Source: Octopus sinensis
Taxonomy: Eukaryota
NCBI RefSeq assembly: GCF_006345805.1
Contig: NC_043006.1
Location: forward strand, 43,648,001-43,712,000
Reading direction: 5' to 3'
Length of the DNA stretch: 64,000 nucleotides
Positions 23,136-37,879 of this stretch are shown here, in pieces. The position numbers and the translations under genes were made by a program. The notes below the pieces were generated by a model that worked only from the letters and a program-made list of their open reading frames with translations, did not search any database and was not told the origin of the DNA. Within the stretch, counting starts at the first letter, position 1. Each line of letters opens with the position of its first letter.

Positions 23136-24237
23136 ATTTGTGATAAGAATGGTTCACAACTGAACATGCCAGGTGGTCCCAGATCAAAGATAAATAAATC
23201 AGTAATGATGGTAGGTATATGTATTACCAATTTGTGTTACTACAGCCGTACTATTAATACTATGATTTTGTCACCAGTATTACTGGTATTGTATTACTAC
23301 AGGCGTGCCAATATTACTCTGTTATTGGAAAATGGTAATAACACAGAAGTACATTAAGAGTGATGATGACACAGAATATTTGATAACATGAGTAAGAACA
23401 CACACACACACATATGACAAGAGTAGTTATATAGTCTGTACTGTTAGTAAAAGAGTAAAAAGAAACCAACAGATGAAAAACAAACAAAAAAGATAATTTT
23501 TCTATTGAAACTATTTCTATGGTTTTCGGAGAAATATGACCTTCAAATTATTAATTTTCAAGAAAGTAATAAAGGAAAAGAATTGGTAACCATAATTAGA
23601 AGTCTTTTCAAATGAAACGGGTAGAGGGAAGCATGTGTGAAATTTGTAAGACATTTCAAAATGCTGGCTTCCTCCATTACGCTGATACATGTATTGGAGT
23701 TTCTTTGTGTGCTGTACTCAAAACCATTACTTTTAGAATTGGAGAACAGCGGGAGGAGGAAATTCATTTGAAAACAGCAGGAAAATTGCAGTTAGGAAAC
23801 AAGAAGAAATGAAGTCAAGAGAAAGACCATTTCTATCTTCAGTCATTATCAAGAATAGAGCGACAGGAACTTCGTGGCATCTCAAGACAACATCACAGAA
23901 GAAGTGGTTTATTGTGGTTTCCACATTATCTTTTATTTTCTCGTTAGCTTGATGGCACCATCCTTTTCATGGTTTAAATAGTTTGATTAATAAGGTCAGT
24001 GAATGAACAGGAAGTGAATATATTTTGTGACAGCAAGCAGAAGCCAGGCTAGTACACCTCCTCTTACACACCGAAAAGACGAAAAGACGTGTGTAATAGG
24101 TAAAGTGTATTTTCACATCTAATAAAAGACACAATTTTCTGAGGGGGGGAGCCAAACAGAGTGAGTGTGTGTAAGAGATTTTGTGTCTTTGAGAAAGTGT
24201 GAATCTAGCATAATATCCATCCATCTATGCATCTATC

Positions 24238-24239
<2 letters not shown>

Positions 24240-24274
<35 letters not shown>

Positions 24275-24321
24275 CTATATATATACATGTATATATGTTT
24301 CTATCTACACACACACATATA

Positions 24322-24384
<63 letters not shown>

Positions 24385-24395
24385 TATATATATGC
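24240..24395. repeat. (TA)n-rich microsatellite
   Basis: Directly visible. Confidence 0.95.
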
Positions 24396-25499
24396 ATGCA
24401 CAGAAATACACACAACCATACATATATGAATATACTAATGTGCATGTGTGTATATACATTTATATCTATATCTCTATGTTAGCAGCAGCAACATTTTTAC
24501 ATTCATATTTCTATGCTGGCATAGATTGGACAGGCCATCATAGTTCAAGTCAGTTCTTTTTCAGAGTTACTACCCAGCAAGACGGGTCAGGAACCATGTC
24601 TCACTCATACATTCCATTTGTAGTATGCTCCCTATGAGTGGTTGCCCTTCTTATTTCAATGTGGCACCTGCACTAGAGAAGTTTACCTGTTCTAAGCAAA
24701 GCTAAAGAATGACCCCTACTCATGTTATCCCCATTTGTTCATTCACTAGCATCAACAAATTTTCTTATCCCTACTAAGAACAAAAATGGTCCCAACTTCC
24801 CTGTGTTGTCTCTGTTTCTTTGTTCTTCTCTTTCTAACCCAACTGTTAGGAAGAGAGAGCAGGCGAAGCCCTCTGATTGATAAGTTGATTCCCCAGCCAT
24901 GTGGGTTTGGTTCAGCTCCACTGTATGACAACTTGTGCAAGTGTCATCATCTACTATAGCACTGAATTGACCAATACCCTGTGAGTGAATAAGGTAGATG
25001 GAAACTGGCAGAAGCCTGCTGTGGGTGTGTGCACGAATGTGCACACTTGCACTCTATGAAAGTTGCTCACTGCAGGCAGAGTTTCTGTTGTCACTTCTAT
25101 TATCAAATCATCTGCACACGTCACACTTTTTCAAAGAAATGTGAAATCCCTTACTTGAAGAACAACTAAGGATTAGTGAGAATGCCCACAAATATGTACA
25201 TGTGTAAACCATGCAGGCATGGAAAAGCACACGTAGAAATATGTGCAGGCAGATATATATGTATATACATATGGCAGGCCATGAATGTCAAAGATACATA
25301 AATGAATACAAATAAACCCTGTTTTAAACTAAATCTTTCACCATTACGAAACAGTTTGAAAGAAGTTACATATAAAGCATTGAGTTTTAAAATTGTACGT
25401 TCAGGCTTAATTACCTGGAGTTACTCTTGCCCCCACCTCACTCCCTCTCTCACATACACACACACACACACACATGTAAAAACAAGCACCTAGTACACT

Positions 25500-25900
25500 A
25501 TGTGAAGTGGCAGGCATTAGGAAGGGCATCCAGCAGCAGATATCATGCCACAGGGGTCATTGAAGCTCAGCAATACCTTCTGGTTCATCAGTTCGTGTTG
25601 AACCATTGAACCCAGCATGGGAAAAGAGACAATAAATTATGATGAAGATGACACACACACACGCACACAGCATCAACCCATCATGGCCGTTGCCAGTCGC
25701 CTCTGGCCTCTGTGTCAGGAGCATGTAAAAAGCATCCACTACACTCAGAGTGGTTGGGTTTACGAAGGGCATCCAGCTGTAGAAACACTGCCAGATCAGA
25801 CTTGAACCTGGTACAGCCTCCTGGCTTCCCAGACCCCGGTCAAACTGTCCAACTCATGCAAGCATGGAAAACGGACATTAAATGTTGATGATGATGATAT
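25500..25900 (+). mobile_element. Two partial family C SINEs
   Basis: GGAAGGGCATCCAGC occurs twice (~25521 and ~25765); the second copy has a (GAT)n tail. Confidence 0.7.
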
Positions 25901-25928
25901 ATGTGTGTGTACATTCATACATATGTGT

Positions 25929-25960
<32 letters not shown>

Positions 25961-26539
25961 ACTGAATTTTTGATTGCAATAAGAGTTTTATACACACTAC
26001 AATCTCAGAACATGAAATGCTATTAGTAGCCTGAAAGTTCCTCACTGAATATTGAATATTAACTCCCTCTTTTCTTTTCCAGTTCTAACACTTGTGTGTG
26101 TGTGTATTCATATACACATATATATATGAATACCCATGCATTCTTATATAGCACTGAGGGATTAAGCAGTAGCCATACTGGAGCACTTCCATTATATAAT
26201 GATGATGATGGATGCAAACATACACACGCACAAACAAATCAACAAATGCCAAAAATCTTTGAAACTAAACCAGCCACTGATGTTTTTGGATTAGATCATT
26301 ACCTCCATGCCCCAAAGACAGATTCTCAGCAGTATTTGAAGCAAATAGAATGTGAATACTGTTGGAGAAATCTTAGTAGAGGGATGTGGCGGTGATGGTG
26401 GTGGTGCTATTAGATGGCTGTGTTGGAGGAAGCTATAAATTGTTCTCTTCGTGTTCTATACACTCCAATAAGAATTGGGAGAAATGATATTGATAATAAT
26501 GATGATGATGATGATTTCTAAGACAATGAGGATACATAC

Positions 26540-26861
26540 ATATATACACATATATATATACATATAGATATACACACATATATATACACATATAGATATA
26601 TATACAAATATAAATATACACATATACATATATATATATATATACATACATACACACACATACGCGCATACCTATACATACACTTATACATATATATATA
26701 TATATACACACATACATATAAACACACATTCATATATATGCATATACATATACACTCATACACATACACTCATACATATATACACATATACATATGTATA
26801 TATATCCTACATATATATATACACACACACACATACACATTTGCACATACATATACATACA

Positions 26862-26940
<79 letters not shown>
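26540..26940. repeat. Compound microsatellite ending in a (CT)n(TA)15(GA)n palindrome
   Basis: Directly visible. Confidence 0.95.
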
Positions 26941-28674
26941 TACACATACCACACGTGCATAAAGTTCCCAGAGTTACACAAAAGCGTTTATTGATTGCAA
27001 TGAAAACTATCTCGTACATCAAGACTTATAGATACACATGCTAACTATACCAAAATCTAATCATTTCCTTCAATTAAAGGTATTTTATAAGAAAAAATGC
27101 AAAACAAAAAGAGAGAGGAAAGAAATGGGGAGAAAAAAAAAATTTTTGGTCCTTTTCCCAAAATTCTTTCTGTTTATTTATTTAACTAATATTAGTTATT
27201 TTTCATGTGTGTTTCATTTATTATTTTATTCATTATTCATCTATATGTCTTCTTTTCTTTCTGTTTGGTTTTGAGGGGAATTTATTATTTTGTTGTTGTT
27301 GTTTTTTTTCGACATCAAATAAATTGAAAGGGAAAAAAAGAAAAGAAAGAGTAAGGCGCAAAAGTGAGGCAAAATGGAGAAGAGAAGAAGAAGAGGAAGA
27401 AGAAAAAGAAGAAGGGGAGGAGGAGGAGAAGAAGAAGAAGAACAACAACAAGAGAAAGAAGAGAATGAGGAGAAAAAACAACAGCAAGGAGAAAGAAAAG
27501 ACAATAATAAAACAAAAGAATATACAAAAATTATTGCATAAATAAATAACACACACACACACACACAGAGTAAGATAAGCACAGAGAGAGAGAGAAAGAA
27601 AGAGAGAGAGAGAGAAAGAGAGGGAGAGAGAGAAAATATCAAAGTACAAACTCAAAGATAGATTGGTAGGGGGAGGGGGTATGATGAAATAAAGAGGAAA
27701 AAGAAAGGAGAAAAATAATAAAAGAAAAGGAAAGACAAGGAAAGCAAATGTGGGGTGGGGTGGAGGGGATACATTAGGAGATAAGTTTAGTTGGAGGTAG
27801 ACTCTCATGTAAGGACAACATCTTGGAGTTAAACTGTTTTGGGGAGAAAGCAAGGATGCAGTTTGGTAGCAAGAATTTCTGTTAATAAAGAAAAGAAAAA
27901 AATCAAGAGTGGCGGGGGTGGAGAGAGAGAGAGGGGGAGAGAAAGAGTGGAAAGGAGTATGGCGAGGGAGGGATGAGGGGGTGGGGTGTAGGGAGCCAGC
28001 GAAGAAGGAAAGGCAGAGGAGAAAGATAGAGGACTAGGCTATGCGGGAAGACAAGACATTGGTGGCTTGTTAAGATATATAGCAATAATTGATCTAATAA
28101 TAATCAATTCTGAAATGAATTTGGCAAAGAGATATCTTCAAAGAGTATTTGTAAATCTGAACATACATACTTACATCAAGTTATTAATGTGTATTCCTAC
28201 AGGACAGCAGAAACTACACGCATACACACACACATACACAAATACACATACGCGCATATATATAAACACACAATTTTCCATAGTGCACACTTTGTTTTGT
28301 ATTTGTTTTTTTGTTTGTTTGTTCGTTTGTTTGTTGTTTTTTTTTTACAATGTTGTTCATAGAAACACATGTATTCTTTAATATAATGTATTTTCCCTCC
28401 AGGACTGAAGGGATTCAGTATACATATGTACATTACATGTTTCTCATTACAACCTCCTTCCCCTCACACACACACACACACTCACACACACAGAATGCTG
28501 CTATATTACAGTATAACAACAACAAACATCTTACTGGCTCAGAGTATATTTTTACAGTGCATACACAAATATGATATACTACATTATCTTATTACACACA
28601 CACACATACCAATCATTCAGTGCATGTGCCTATGCAATACTCTTTCATTTTTCTTTTTATCAACAAGCATAGAC

Positions 28675-29285
28675 ATAGCTGTGTGGTTAAAAAGCCTTCT
28701 CTGCAACCATTTGGTTTTGAGTTCAGTCCCACTACACAGCACATTCAGCATGTGTCTTCTACTAAAGCCTTGGGGCAACCAATGCTTTGAGAGTGAATCT
28801 GGAAGATGGACACTAGATGGAAGGAAAGATGGATGAGAATATATGTATATATTCGCATTCATTTAATGTAGGATAAAATTTTTTTGGCCAGCATATTAGA
28901 AAATACCTTTAAAGGTTAAAATTTTAAACAACTTATAAATAAGGGCAAACAAAAAAATTTCTAATGCCAAATATGCCAAAATTGGACATATTGTCCATAA
29001 CCATATACAATGCGTATTGTGAAAAATTATATGGTATATATATATATATATATATACACACACATATTTATACATGTGTGTGGGTGTGTTTGTTCTGCAC
29101 TGCTTGATAACTTGTGTTAGTTTGTTTAAGACTCCATAGCATAGCAGTTCAGCAAAGGAGATCAACAGAATAAGTACCGCACTTTGAAACAGCAGGTACT
29201 GAGGGTCAACTGTTTGACCGAAATCTTCCCATGGCAGTGCTCCAGCATGGCTACAGTCCAATGACTGAAACAGGCAAAAGGCAAA
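28675..29285 (+). mobile_element. Degenerate SINE family A, apparently split by ~200 bp of AT-rich sequence
   Basis: Head at ~28675-28830, tail half at ~29070-29285. Confidence 0.55.
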
Positions 29286-29870
29286 AGTGTGTGTGCGTGT
29301 GAGTGTATGAGTCTGTATGCATAAAGAGAAATATAGTACAGGAGCATATATATGCAGATGTGTGCACACATATGCACATATATGTACACATATATACACA
29401 CACAGTGTATGACATTATACCATACGTTCCGACATGATCTCTTACATATGTATGCGCATGTGCACATATGCACAGGTATTCACATATGCACTCACAAACA
29501 GAGTTTTATTGCCACATGGTTACGCATATTCTTATATAATTGTTTCAACTGAGTATGAGTGTGTTTGTGTGTGTATGTGTGGGAGTGTGTAGACACAAGA
29601 ACATGGAATATATCAACATGTTTTAATGTATGTACTAAAGCATCAAACCTGGGAACATGTCAGTTTGATCCCCTGCATGGCATGGACGGTTTTACTCTCT
29701 TTCAAATGGCCATGCCTCCACAGTTAGTCGTAAATGTATTCTTTGATCAAGCATGGATTAACTTTTAAAATATTTGAAATATTACTGTTGGAAAATATAT
29801 ACCGTTAGATGAAAAAAAAATATCTGTATCAAAAATGATATACAGCAACTGAGTATGAATTAATGAGAAG

Positions 29871-29919
<49 letters not shown>

Positions 29920-29993
29920 TGAGAGTGTACAAATATGAAGATATATGTATTTTTATATATATATACACATACACGTGTGTGTATGTATATGCA

Positions 29994-30031
<38 letters not shown>

Positions 30032-30159
30032 CATGCACACACACCATAAAAAAATCATATCAAATATATAAATGATATATGTTGTGAATTTATGTATCTA
30101 ACTCTAGTATTATTACGTGCATGCTCTCACACTCATACACGCACACACATATACATAAA

Positions 30160-30420
30160 CGTATATATATACACACAAACACACATCATCATATATGCAT
30201 ATATATATATATATATATACACACACACCACATATACATACATATATACACACATATGCATACATATATACACACACACACATATACATACATATATACA
30301 CACACACACATATACATACATATATACACACACACACACACACATATACATACATATATATACATATATACACACACATATATCATCATCATCATTGTTT
30401 AGCATCCGTTTTCCATGCTA
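30160..30420. repeat. (CA)/(TA) compound microsatellite plus a family C tail stub
   Basis: Directly visible; CATCATCATTGTTTAGCATCCGTTTTCCATGCTAGCAT at ~30385-30425. Confidence 0.9.
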
Positions 30421-31336
30421 GCATACATGTACACACACACACGCACACATATATATACATATATATATAAATAAACATACATGTGTGTGTGTGAGAGAGA
30501 GATGAGGGGGAATTCTTTTCTACCAATCTGATTTTACAAGTGCATCAGTGATTTTATTTTAAACAAACAACCTCTCTCTCTCCCTCTCTTTCTCTCTGCG
30601 GCATGGCATAGTGTTGTGTCAGATAAACCCCGAGATGTTCTTGTGACAGCATTGGTCAGCTTGCACAGTGACAGAGCAAAACTGGTAAATACAAAATGAC
30701 CAACAAATACTCTGTTGACAAGGGGAAACTAAGTGGCCCAGACAAGATGTGATTATCTGTACCAGACCAGATTTAAATGCTGAAGAAAACTACAAGAATA
30801 GTTGAAATGCCAAATTAAACAAAACTAGCAGCTACAGATTTTCTATAATATAATAAAATACTACTACTACTACTAATCATTGGCAGTGGTGGTGGGGGCA
30901 GAGATATCCTCACTGTCATCAAGCATCTGTATTCCATATTGGCAAGGGGTTAAAAGGTCAGAGGACAATGTCCAATGTCAAGCTCCAATGTCTGTTTGGT
31001 ATGGCTTCTACAGATGGATACCCTGCTTAATGCCAACCACTTTAGAGGGTGTACTGGATGCTTTTTCATGTTGAAAAATTAAAATTAATGTGTTTTTTTT
31101 GTTTGTTTTATTGTTTTGCTTTGTTTTACTAATATTGTTTCTCACTAATATTTATAAATGTTAGCAAATACAAATACATATGTATAGATGTAATCAACAG
31201 GTTGTTTAAGGGCACAGATTGTGTGGTTATGACAGTTTGGGCAAAGGTCAATTATAACCCCCCCCCCACCGGCCAATCAATGTCTTGTGAGTGAATTTGG
31301 TAGACAGAGAGTGTACAAATTATGTATGTATGTATG

Positions 31337-31372
<36 letters not shown>

Positions 31373-31444
31373 GGTATGTATGTGAGTATGTAGGTATGTA
31401 TGTGAGTATGTAGGTATGTATGTAAGAATGATGAACTCTTCTGA

Positions 31445-31725
31445 AGATGGTTTATGAGTGTTCCACTTTTGCTGAATGACCAGCACAAATGATTTGTTTA
31501 TAGTGATCAAATGTATGTGTTGTACATTAACTCACTCTCTCCCATCTATCGACATTGCCCAAACAGGCGCAAGGTGTACCACACGTCAGGTGCCAAAGTG
31601 ACCGCAGAGCGACATGAAATGAAGTGGCCAGACTCAAGAACACAATGCACCACCTGGTCTAGGAATTGAAATCATGATCTCACAATCACAAGTGCAACAC
31701 CTTAACCTCTAAGCAATGTGCCCAT
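31445..31725 (-). mobile_element. tRNA-headed SINE related to the 53906-54150 copy
   Basis: CTTTTGCTGAATGACCAGCACAAATGATTTGTTTATAGTGATCAAATGTATGTG is the reverse complement of ~54105-54158. Confidence 0.7.
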
Positions 31726-31739
31726 ATATGTGTGTGTGC

Positions 31740-31745
31740 GTATGC

Positions 31746-31788
<43 letters not shown>

Positions 31789-31791
31789 ATG

Positions 31792-31831
<40 letters not shown>

Positions 31832-31846
31832 GTATATATATATGTA

Positions 31847-31924
<78 letters not shown>

Positions 31925-31990
31925 TGTATGTATATATATTATATATGTATATATATATACACACACACATATATATACACACACACACAC
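31740..31990. repeat. (TA)/(TATG) compound microsatellite
   Basis: Directly visible. Confidence 0.95.
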
Positions 31991-32879
31991 ACTGAGAGTC
32001 ATTGAGAGAGATGACAGACATGCTTTCTCCATTTGGCACAAAGAGCAGATTCACTCTCATACAGTATTTCTATATTTTCCAGGAAATTTCAATCAAGGCA
32101 TTTGTTGAGTTCTTCTTCCCGATTGTTCGAATTAGGAATCTCCTCCTCCACCTATTTAGCCAAAGTATTGGATACGGAGGTACTACTCATTAGTGCAATA
32201 ACTCCAAAGTATGATAATTATGATGGAGAAGAGAATGGTTTTCCTTAGAAGTAAAGATGATGACTACGAAGAGGAGAAGCAGCGATATGTCAGACACGCT
32301 GGACAAGAAGTAATCTATATGTATAAGAAACCATAGTTTAAACAGATATTAAAGAATCTTTGTCGATAACATACACAGAATTATCATGAAAACATCAAAC
32401 ACAAAAACTAACAACCTAACAACTATAATAAACTTTCTAACGCCTAATAGTTCCATTCACAATCAAACTGTCTCCAAGAAACTTCCCACTGAATCTAAAG
32501 TATTTCAACTGAAGCTGTCTTTATTAATATTACAGCTTCGTAACTAATGAGAACAGCGCTAAAAATCTTAATATAGATGCCAGACCTGAAAAACATTAGA
32601 GATCTGGTTATGAAAACTGACATAAGCAAGTGAAAAGAGATTGGCCACGTCACCATATACCATGTAAACCATTCATATCTAAATTCTTAAGTTCACCAAA
32701 TCAAGTTTTCTTTGTAACTGTTAATAGATTTGATTACGATTTTATAAATATAGAAATTGTTGATTTTCTTTATACTTATATCATGCATGTTTTGCTGTTT
32801 TCGTAACATTTTTAAATTACAACTGAAAATCCTTAATGAAAGTTTTAAAATAACCCTGAAGCCTTTGCTTTTACAAATG

Positions 32880-32880
32880 T

Positions 32881-32935
<55 letters not shown>

Positions 32936-33007
32936 TATACATATATATACATATATACATATATATACATATATATACATAATATATATATACATATATA
33001 TATATAC

Positions 33008-33044
<37 letters not shown>

Positions 33045-33046
33045 CA

Positions 33047-33086
<40 letters not shown>

Positions 33087-33127
33087 CATACATATATATA
33101 CATATATATACATATATATACATATAC

Positions 33128-33167
<40 letters not shown>

Positions 33168-33189
33168 ATACATATATATACATATATAT

Positions 33190-33242
<53 letters not shown>

Positions 33243-33260
33243 ACATATATACATACACAT
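32880..33260. repeat. ~380-bp (TA)n/(TACA) microsatellite; source of the 204-238 aa YIYI ORFs
   Basis: Directly visible. Confidence 0.95.
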
Positions 33261-34524
33261 AAACATACACGAGTGTGTGTATCAATGTGTATATGTAATT
33301 TGGCACAGGTGTATGCAAGTATAGTGTTTCTGTGTATATGTGTGAGTACAATTACAGGTGTATGTAAATAGGAGGAGACAAGGAGGAGCCAATCAATGTT
33401 CGTTAACAAGGCAATTAATTAGGATCCAGGAATGAACTGCAGACACTTAGACCCTGTACAGTAGAATTTAAATGAAAGAATGAAGTAGGGAAGGTACGAT
33501 TGTTTCTAAGTAAAACAATAAGCAATTACACACTACAGACCATCCCTGAATCACCCAGTACTCCATGTACATGTAAACACTGCCATGTTTACATGTAGCA
33601 GCAACTAAGCTGTAATGTATATTTATTTCGACACAAATCATTTGAGTTGTAAGGAAGAAGAAATGCTAACGTACACATACATGTGTGCATACACAAACAT
33701 GCACACACATAAGCACGCAGACATACAAGACTAAAACGGAATCAATAAGACAGATTTATCAGCTAACACGAACTTAGGAAAATTAAATTTATATATTATA
33801 TATATATGCAGACATACCTACACACACACATATATATATACATATATACATACATACATACACACACACATATATATATATATACACACATACATATATA
33901 CATACATACATACAAACATACATAGATACATACATATACATACATATTTGTATGTGTATATATGTATGTGTATTTACTTTCTCACACAAACCTATGTATG
34001 TCAGCATCATTTAAAACAGAAGTTATGGAATGATGATGATGAAGGTGATGATATACATATGTATGGGAAATTAAATACACATGCATCATATATATATATA
34101 TACACATATACAAATATATATGTATATGGAAAAAAAGAACTACTAAAAAAAGTTGCTATAAGTCAATTAGTTTATCAAAAAGGAAATGCTTCTACATACT
34201 CAGCACCCAGGCAACATCATTTGCCTTGGCTAATATAATTTTAACAAATTTTATAGAAATTTAAATAATAAATTTAATTTTAATTTACATAGATGTATCA
34301 AATGTTATAGATATCAACAGTCTGATTCATAAAGAGGAAATAACTGAATATTTTATCGTATAATAAATATAAACAAATCTAAATGTAGGGCAGTGAAAGT
34401 ATAAATTATTTCCAACTTTCCAAGGTGTTTGAAACTGCAAGCTAGCTTTTCAAAGTTATGATTTTCATATGAAGAATTTTAATAACTGCAGTGTTTCAAT
34501 ATATGTTGTCTATTAAGGTGGCAT

Positions 34525-34715
34525 ACAGACAGAATCATTAGCATGCTGGGTGAAATGCTTAGTGGTATTTCATCAGTCTTTATGTTCTAAGTTCAAATTC
34601 CACTGAGGTCAACTTTGCCTTTCATCCGTTAGGGGTACCAATTGCATACTGGGGATCAATCTAATTGACTGCCCCCCCCTCTCCCAAAATTTCAGGCCTT
34701 GTGCCTAGAGTAGAA
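34525..34715 (+). mobile_element. SINE family B
   Basis: CAGAATCATTAGCATGCTGGGTGAAATGCTTAG...TTCTAAGTTCAAATTCC...CAAAATTTCAGGCCTTGTGCCTAGAGTAGAAA. Confidence 0.8.
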
Positions 34716-35698
34716 AAGAATATATATTGTCTATTAAGGCAGCTATTGTCATACCAACAGCACAAGTGAGGTTGTCAAGCAACTTGCAAGAATGCAAAAC
34801 CCAAGAGGGGCAACTTTGTGCTAAGAGACAAGGATCAGAGGGTGTAAAACACAAGAAAAGAGGCCCGGAGTGGAACAAATTCTTTGCTGTAAAGGAGCTA
34901 CATGACAATTTGCATTTTAGACTAGAAAGTGAGAGTTATTGGGTAGAACTAGAAAACAATAAAAGTAGAGCTGATGAAGTGTGTGGGGGGGAGAAGGGTC
35001 TTTGAGGTACAAGGTCAGTAGGAGTGGGGCAGGAGTAAGAGGGAAAACGGGGGTGCCTGATAGTGCGGATGGAGCAGTAGAAAAGTAACTATACAGTAAA
35101 CAAGAGGAAGATGAGATGCTGTTGCATAGGCTGCCAAGAGTAGACGGGGAGGGGGGAAAGAGAGGCAGGCATAGTGAATGAGGAAGATAAGATGTATGAT
35201 GGGGGGGGGAGATGATTTGGTGGTGCAGTGGAATTGGTGGTGGTGTTGGGGTTTCCCTAATGTGAAAGTGTGAGTGGAGAGACATACATTTGGATGTTTG
35301 GGTACACAACAAAAAGATTATGAAATTTTGGCTTTCAAGAAACAAAGACACAAGCACACACACACACACACACTTGCGTGTTACATATTACAGGCTGAGA
35401 GCCAACGTATTAAAATTACAAAAACAGAATACATAAACAATATCATACATGACACGACATGCCTGATAAAATGTTCATAAATGTTTAGTCAGGGATAGCA
35501 TTTGCCTATTCTCATATTAAATTTAAAGAAATGCAGAAGCTGGAAAATGGGTGTCTTAAGTGTGTGGGCGTAGGTACATATCCATATATAAATGTGTACA
35601 TGTATGTATATGCTGATGTCTATATGTGTATATATACATTTGTTTATTCCTTTAACATATATTTTCCCTCATACAAGCATTGGTTGAGTAAATACTTA

Positions 35699-35940
35699 TT
35701 CATCATCATCATCATCATCATCGTTTAACGTCCGCTTTCCATGCTAGCATGGGTTGGACGTATGACTGAGGGCTGGCGAACCAGATGGCTGCACCAGGCT
35801 TCAATCTTGATCTGGCAGAGTTTCTACAGCTGGATGCCCTTCCTCACGCCAACCACTCCGAGAGTGTAGTGAGTGCTTTTACATGCCCATGGCACGGGGC
35901 CAGTCAGGCGGCACTGGCAATGACCTTGCTCAAATCTTTT
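35699..35940 (-). mobile_element. SINE-like family C, well preserved
   Basis: (CAT)n CGTTTAACGTCCGCTTTCCATGCTAGCATGGGTTGGACG...CAGCTGGATGCCCTTCCTCACGCCAACCACTCCG. Confidence 0.85.
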
Positions 35941-36111
35941 ACATTATTATTATTATTATTATTGAGATATTGTTTTACAGTTGGGTGTCCTTCCTGTTGC
36001 TAACCCTTACCTGTTTTTCAAGTAAGGTGTGTGTGTGTGTGTGTTTTGTTATCTTTTATCTTTTTATCTTAAAGCATTTTGAAGTTGAACACATCAACCA
36101 CAATACTTACG

Positions 36112-36790
36112 TTACTCTCTCTTTTACTCTTTTTTACTTGTTTCAGTCATTTGACTGCAGCCATGCTGGAGCACCACCTTTAGTCGAGCAAATTGACTCC
36201 TTTGTAAGCCTAGTACTTATTCTATCGGTCTCTTTTGCCGAACCGCTAAGTTACAGGGATGTAAACACACCAGCATCGGCTGTCAAGCGATGTTGGGGGC
36301 ACAAACACAGACACACAAACATACACACATATACGACAGGCTTCTTTCAGTTTCCGTCTACCAAATCCACTCACAAGGTTTTGGTCGGCCCAAGGCTATA
36401 GTAGAAGACACTTGCCCAAGGTGCCACGCAGTGGGACTGAACCTGGAACTATGTAGTTGGTAAGCAAGCTACTTACCACACAGCCACTCCTGTGCCATTG
36501 TTCTTTTTGTTTTTAAGTCTGGTGCTCCTTCCATCAGTCTCATTTACCAGATTGCTAAGTCACAGGCACATAAACAAACCAACACCAGTTAACACGTGGT
36601 GAGTGGGAGAATAATAAACACACACACACATACAATAAGCTTATACACAGTTTCCATCTACCAAATCCACTCACAAGGCATTGATCAGCCCATGGTTATA
36701 TATGAAGACACTTGCCCAAGGTGCCATATAGTAGAAGTACACAAAATCCATGTGGTTGTAAAATGAGCTTCTTAACCACACAGCAAGATT
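36112..36790 (-). mobile_element. Two SINE family A copies: 36112-36495 and a degenerate one at ~36525-36790
   Basis: Both match other family A copies. Confidence 0.8.
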
Positions 36791-37879
36791 ATTTATCTTA
36801 TAATAAAATACATTCCGCATCTTTTATCTGCATCATCAATTACGGTATAACACACACAAAAGTCATCTATACCTTAAACTGTAGTCCTGTTTCTATTTTC
36901 TAATTCCTTTTGAATTTAGCTGACTAAGACCTGTAAGTATACAGTGTATTCAGTACTTTCCAGAATTATAATATTGCAACAGGATGAAATTCTATTCAGA
37001 GGATGCTGATAATGGGTGTAAGTTACCATGGAAATAGAACATAACTATTGCAGAAGTGAGAGCAAATTTCAACACAAATCCATAATAATGAGGAACAGCA
37101 TTTGAAATATACATAATAAAAAGTAAAATAATAATAATAATAAAAAACAGTCTCCTGTCCAAAAAGCATTAGGTGAATTTATAGAGACCTTATTAGAGCT
37201 GGTCATCAACAGTAGCAACAAATACAAGCCAATGGAAGGTGCTTCAATGTAAACACCCAGCTTACTAGATATGAAATCCACAATCCAAATCTCATTCAAA
37301 TCCAATTCTAGAATCTTAAAAAACTGAGAAAGATACATTAAACTAAGAAGTCTAAGATGCAGTAATTGTCAAAATGATAAGAACCTCATTTTGCAGTCAT
37401 GAGGTTCTGGGGTTTGATCTCACTAAATGAATTCTTGAGCAAGTGTTGTTATCATAGGCTCAGTGTCCCTTCAAACCAAGCTTTGTATGTGAAAGCTCAT
37501 CCAACTGACTAAGCCCTTTATTCAAAAGTCTGCTCCCTTTGCATATTGTGACTTGCTGATTTAGCTTCGGAATTAGGTTTATGGTACACGTGTCTCTGGA
37601 ATACCCAACCACTTGCATATTAATTTAATGAGTTGGATGCTTAATTGGTTAAGCAACCAAATGTTCATTACTGAATCTCTAAAAAGAAATAACTGCTATG
37701 CTTTTGATCAGAGGCCTATCTGATCATCATTGACCTGGGGGCTACAAGGCAACAACAAACATAGCAAAAGTACCAAATTCTAAGAAACAATATTATAAGA
37801 AAATTAACTAGGTGCATGAAGACGTGCTGAATGAGATATAGATAGACACAATCATGTTTAAGACACACATGTACATAGA

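Noticed and set aside
32211-32336. Protein-like 41-aa plus-strand frame RMVFLRSKDDDYEEEKQRYVRHAGQEV
   Set aside because: No family recognised and stops follow; could be a decayed TE, which needs tBLASTx.
32693-33409. Longest ORFs in the track (238 aa and 204 aa), plus many similar YIYI/HTHT/CVCV ORFs at 11.4k, 24.2k, 26.5k, 30.1k, 31.7k and 50.4k
   Set aside because: Translations of (TA)n/(CA)n microsatellites, which lack stop codons by composition.
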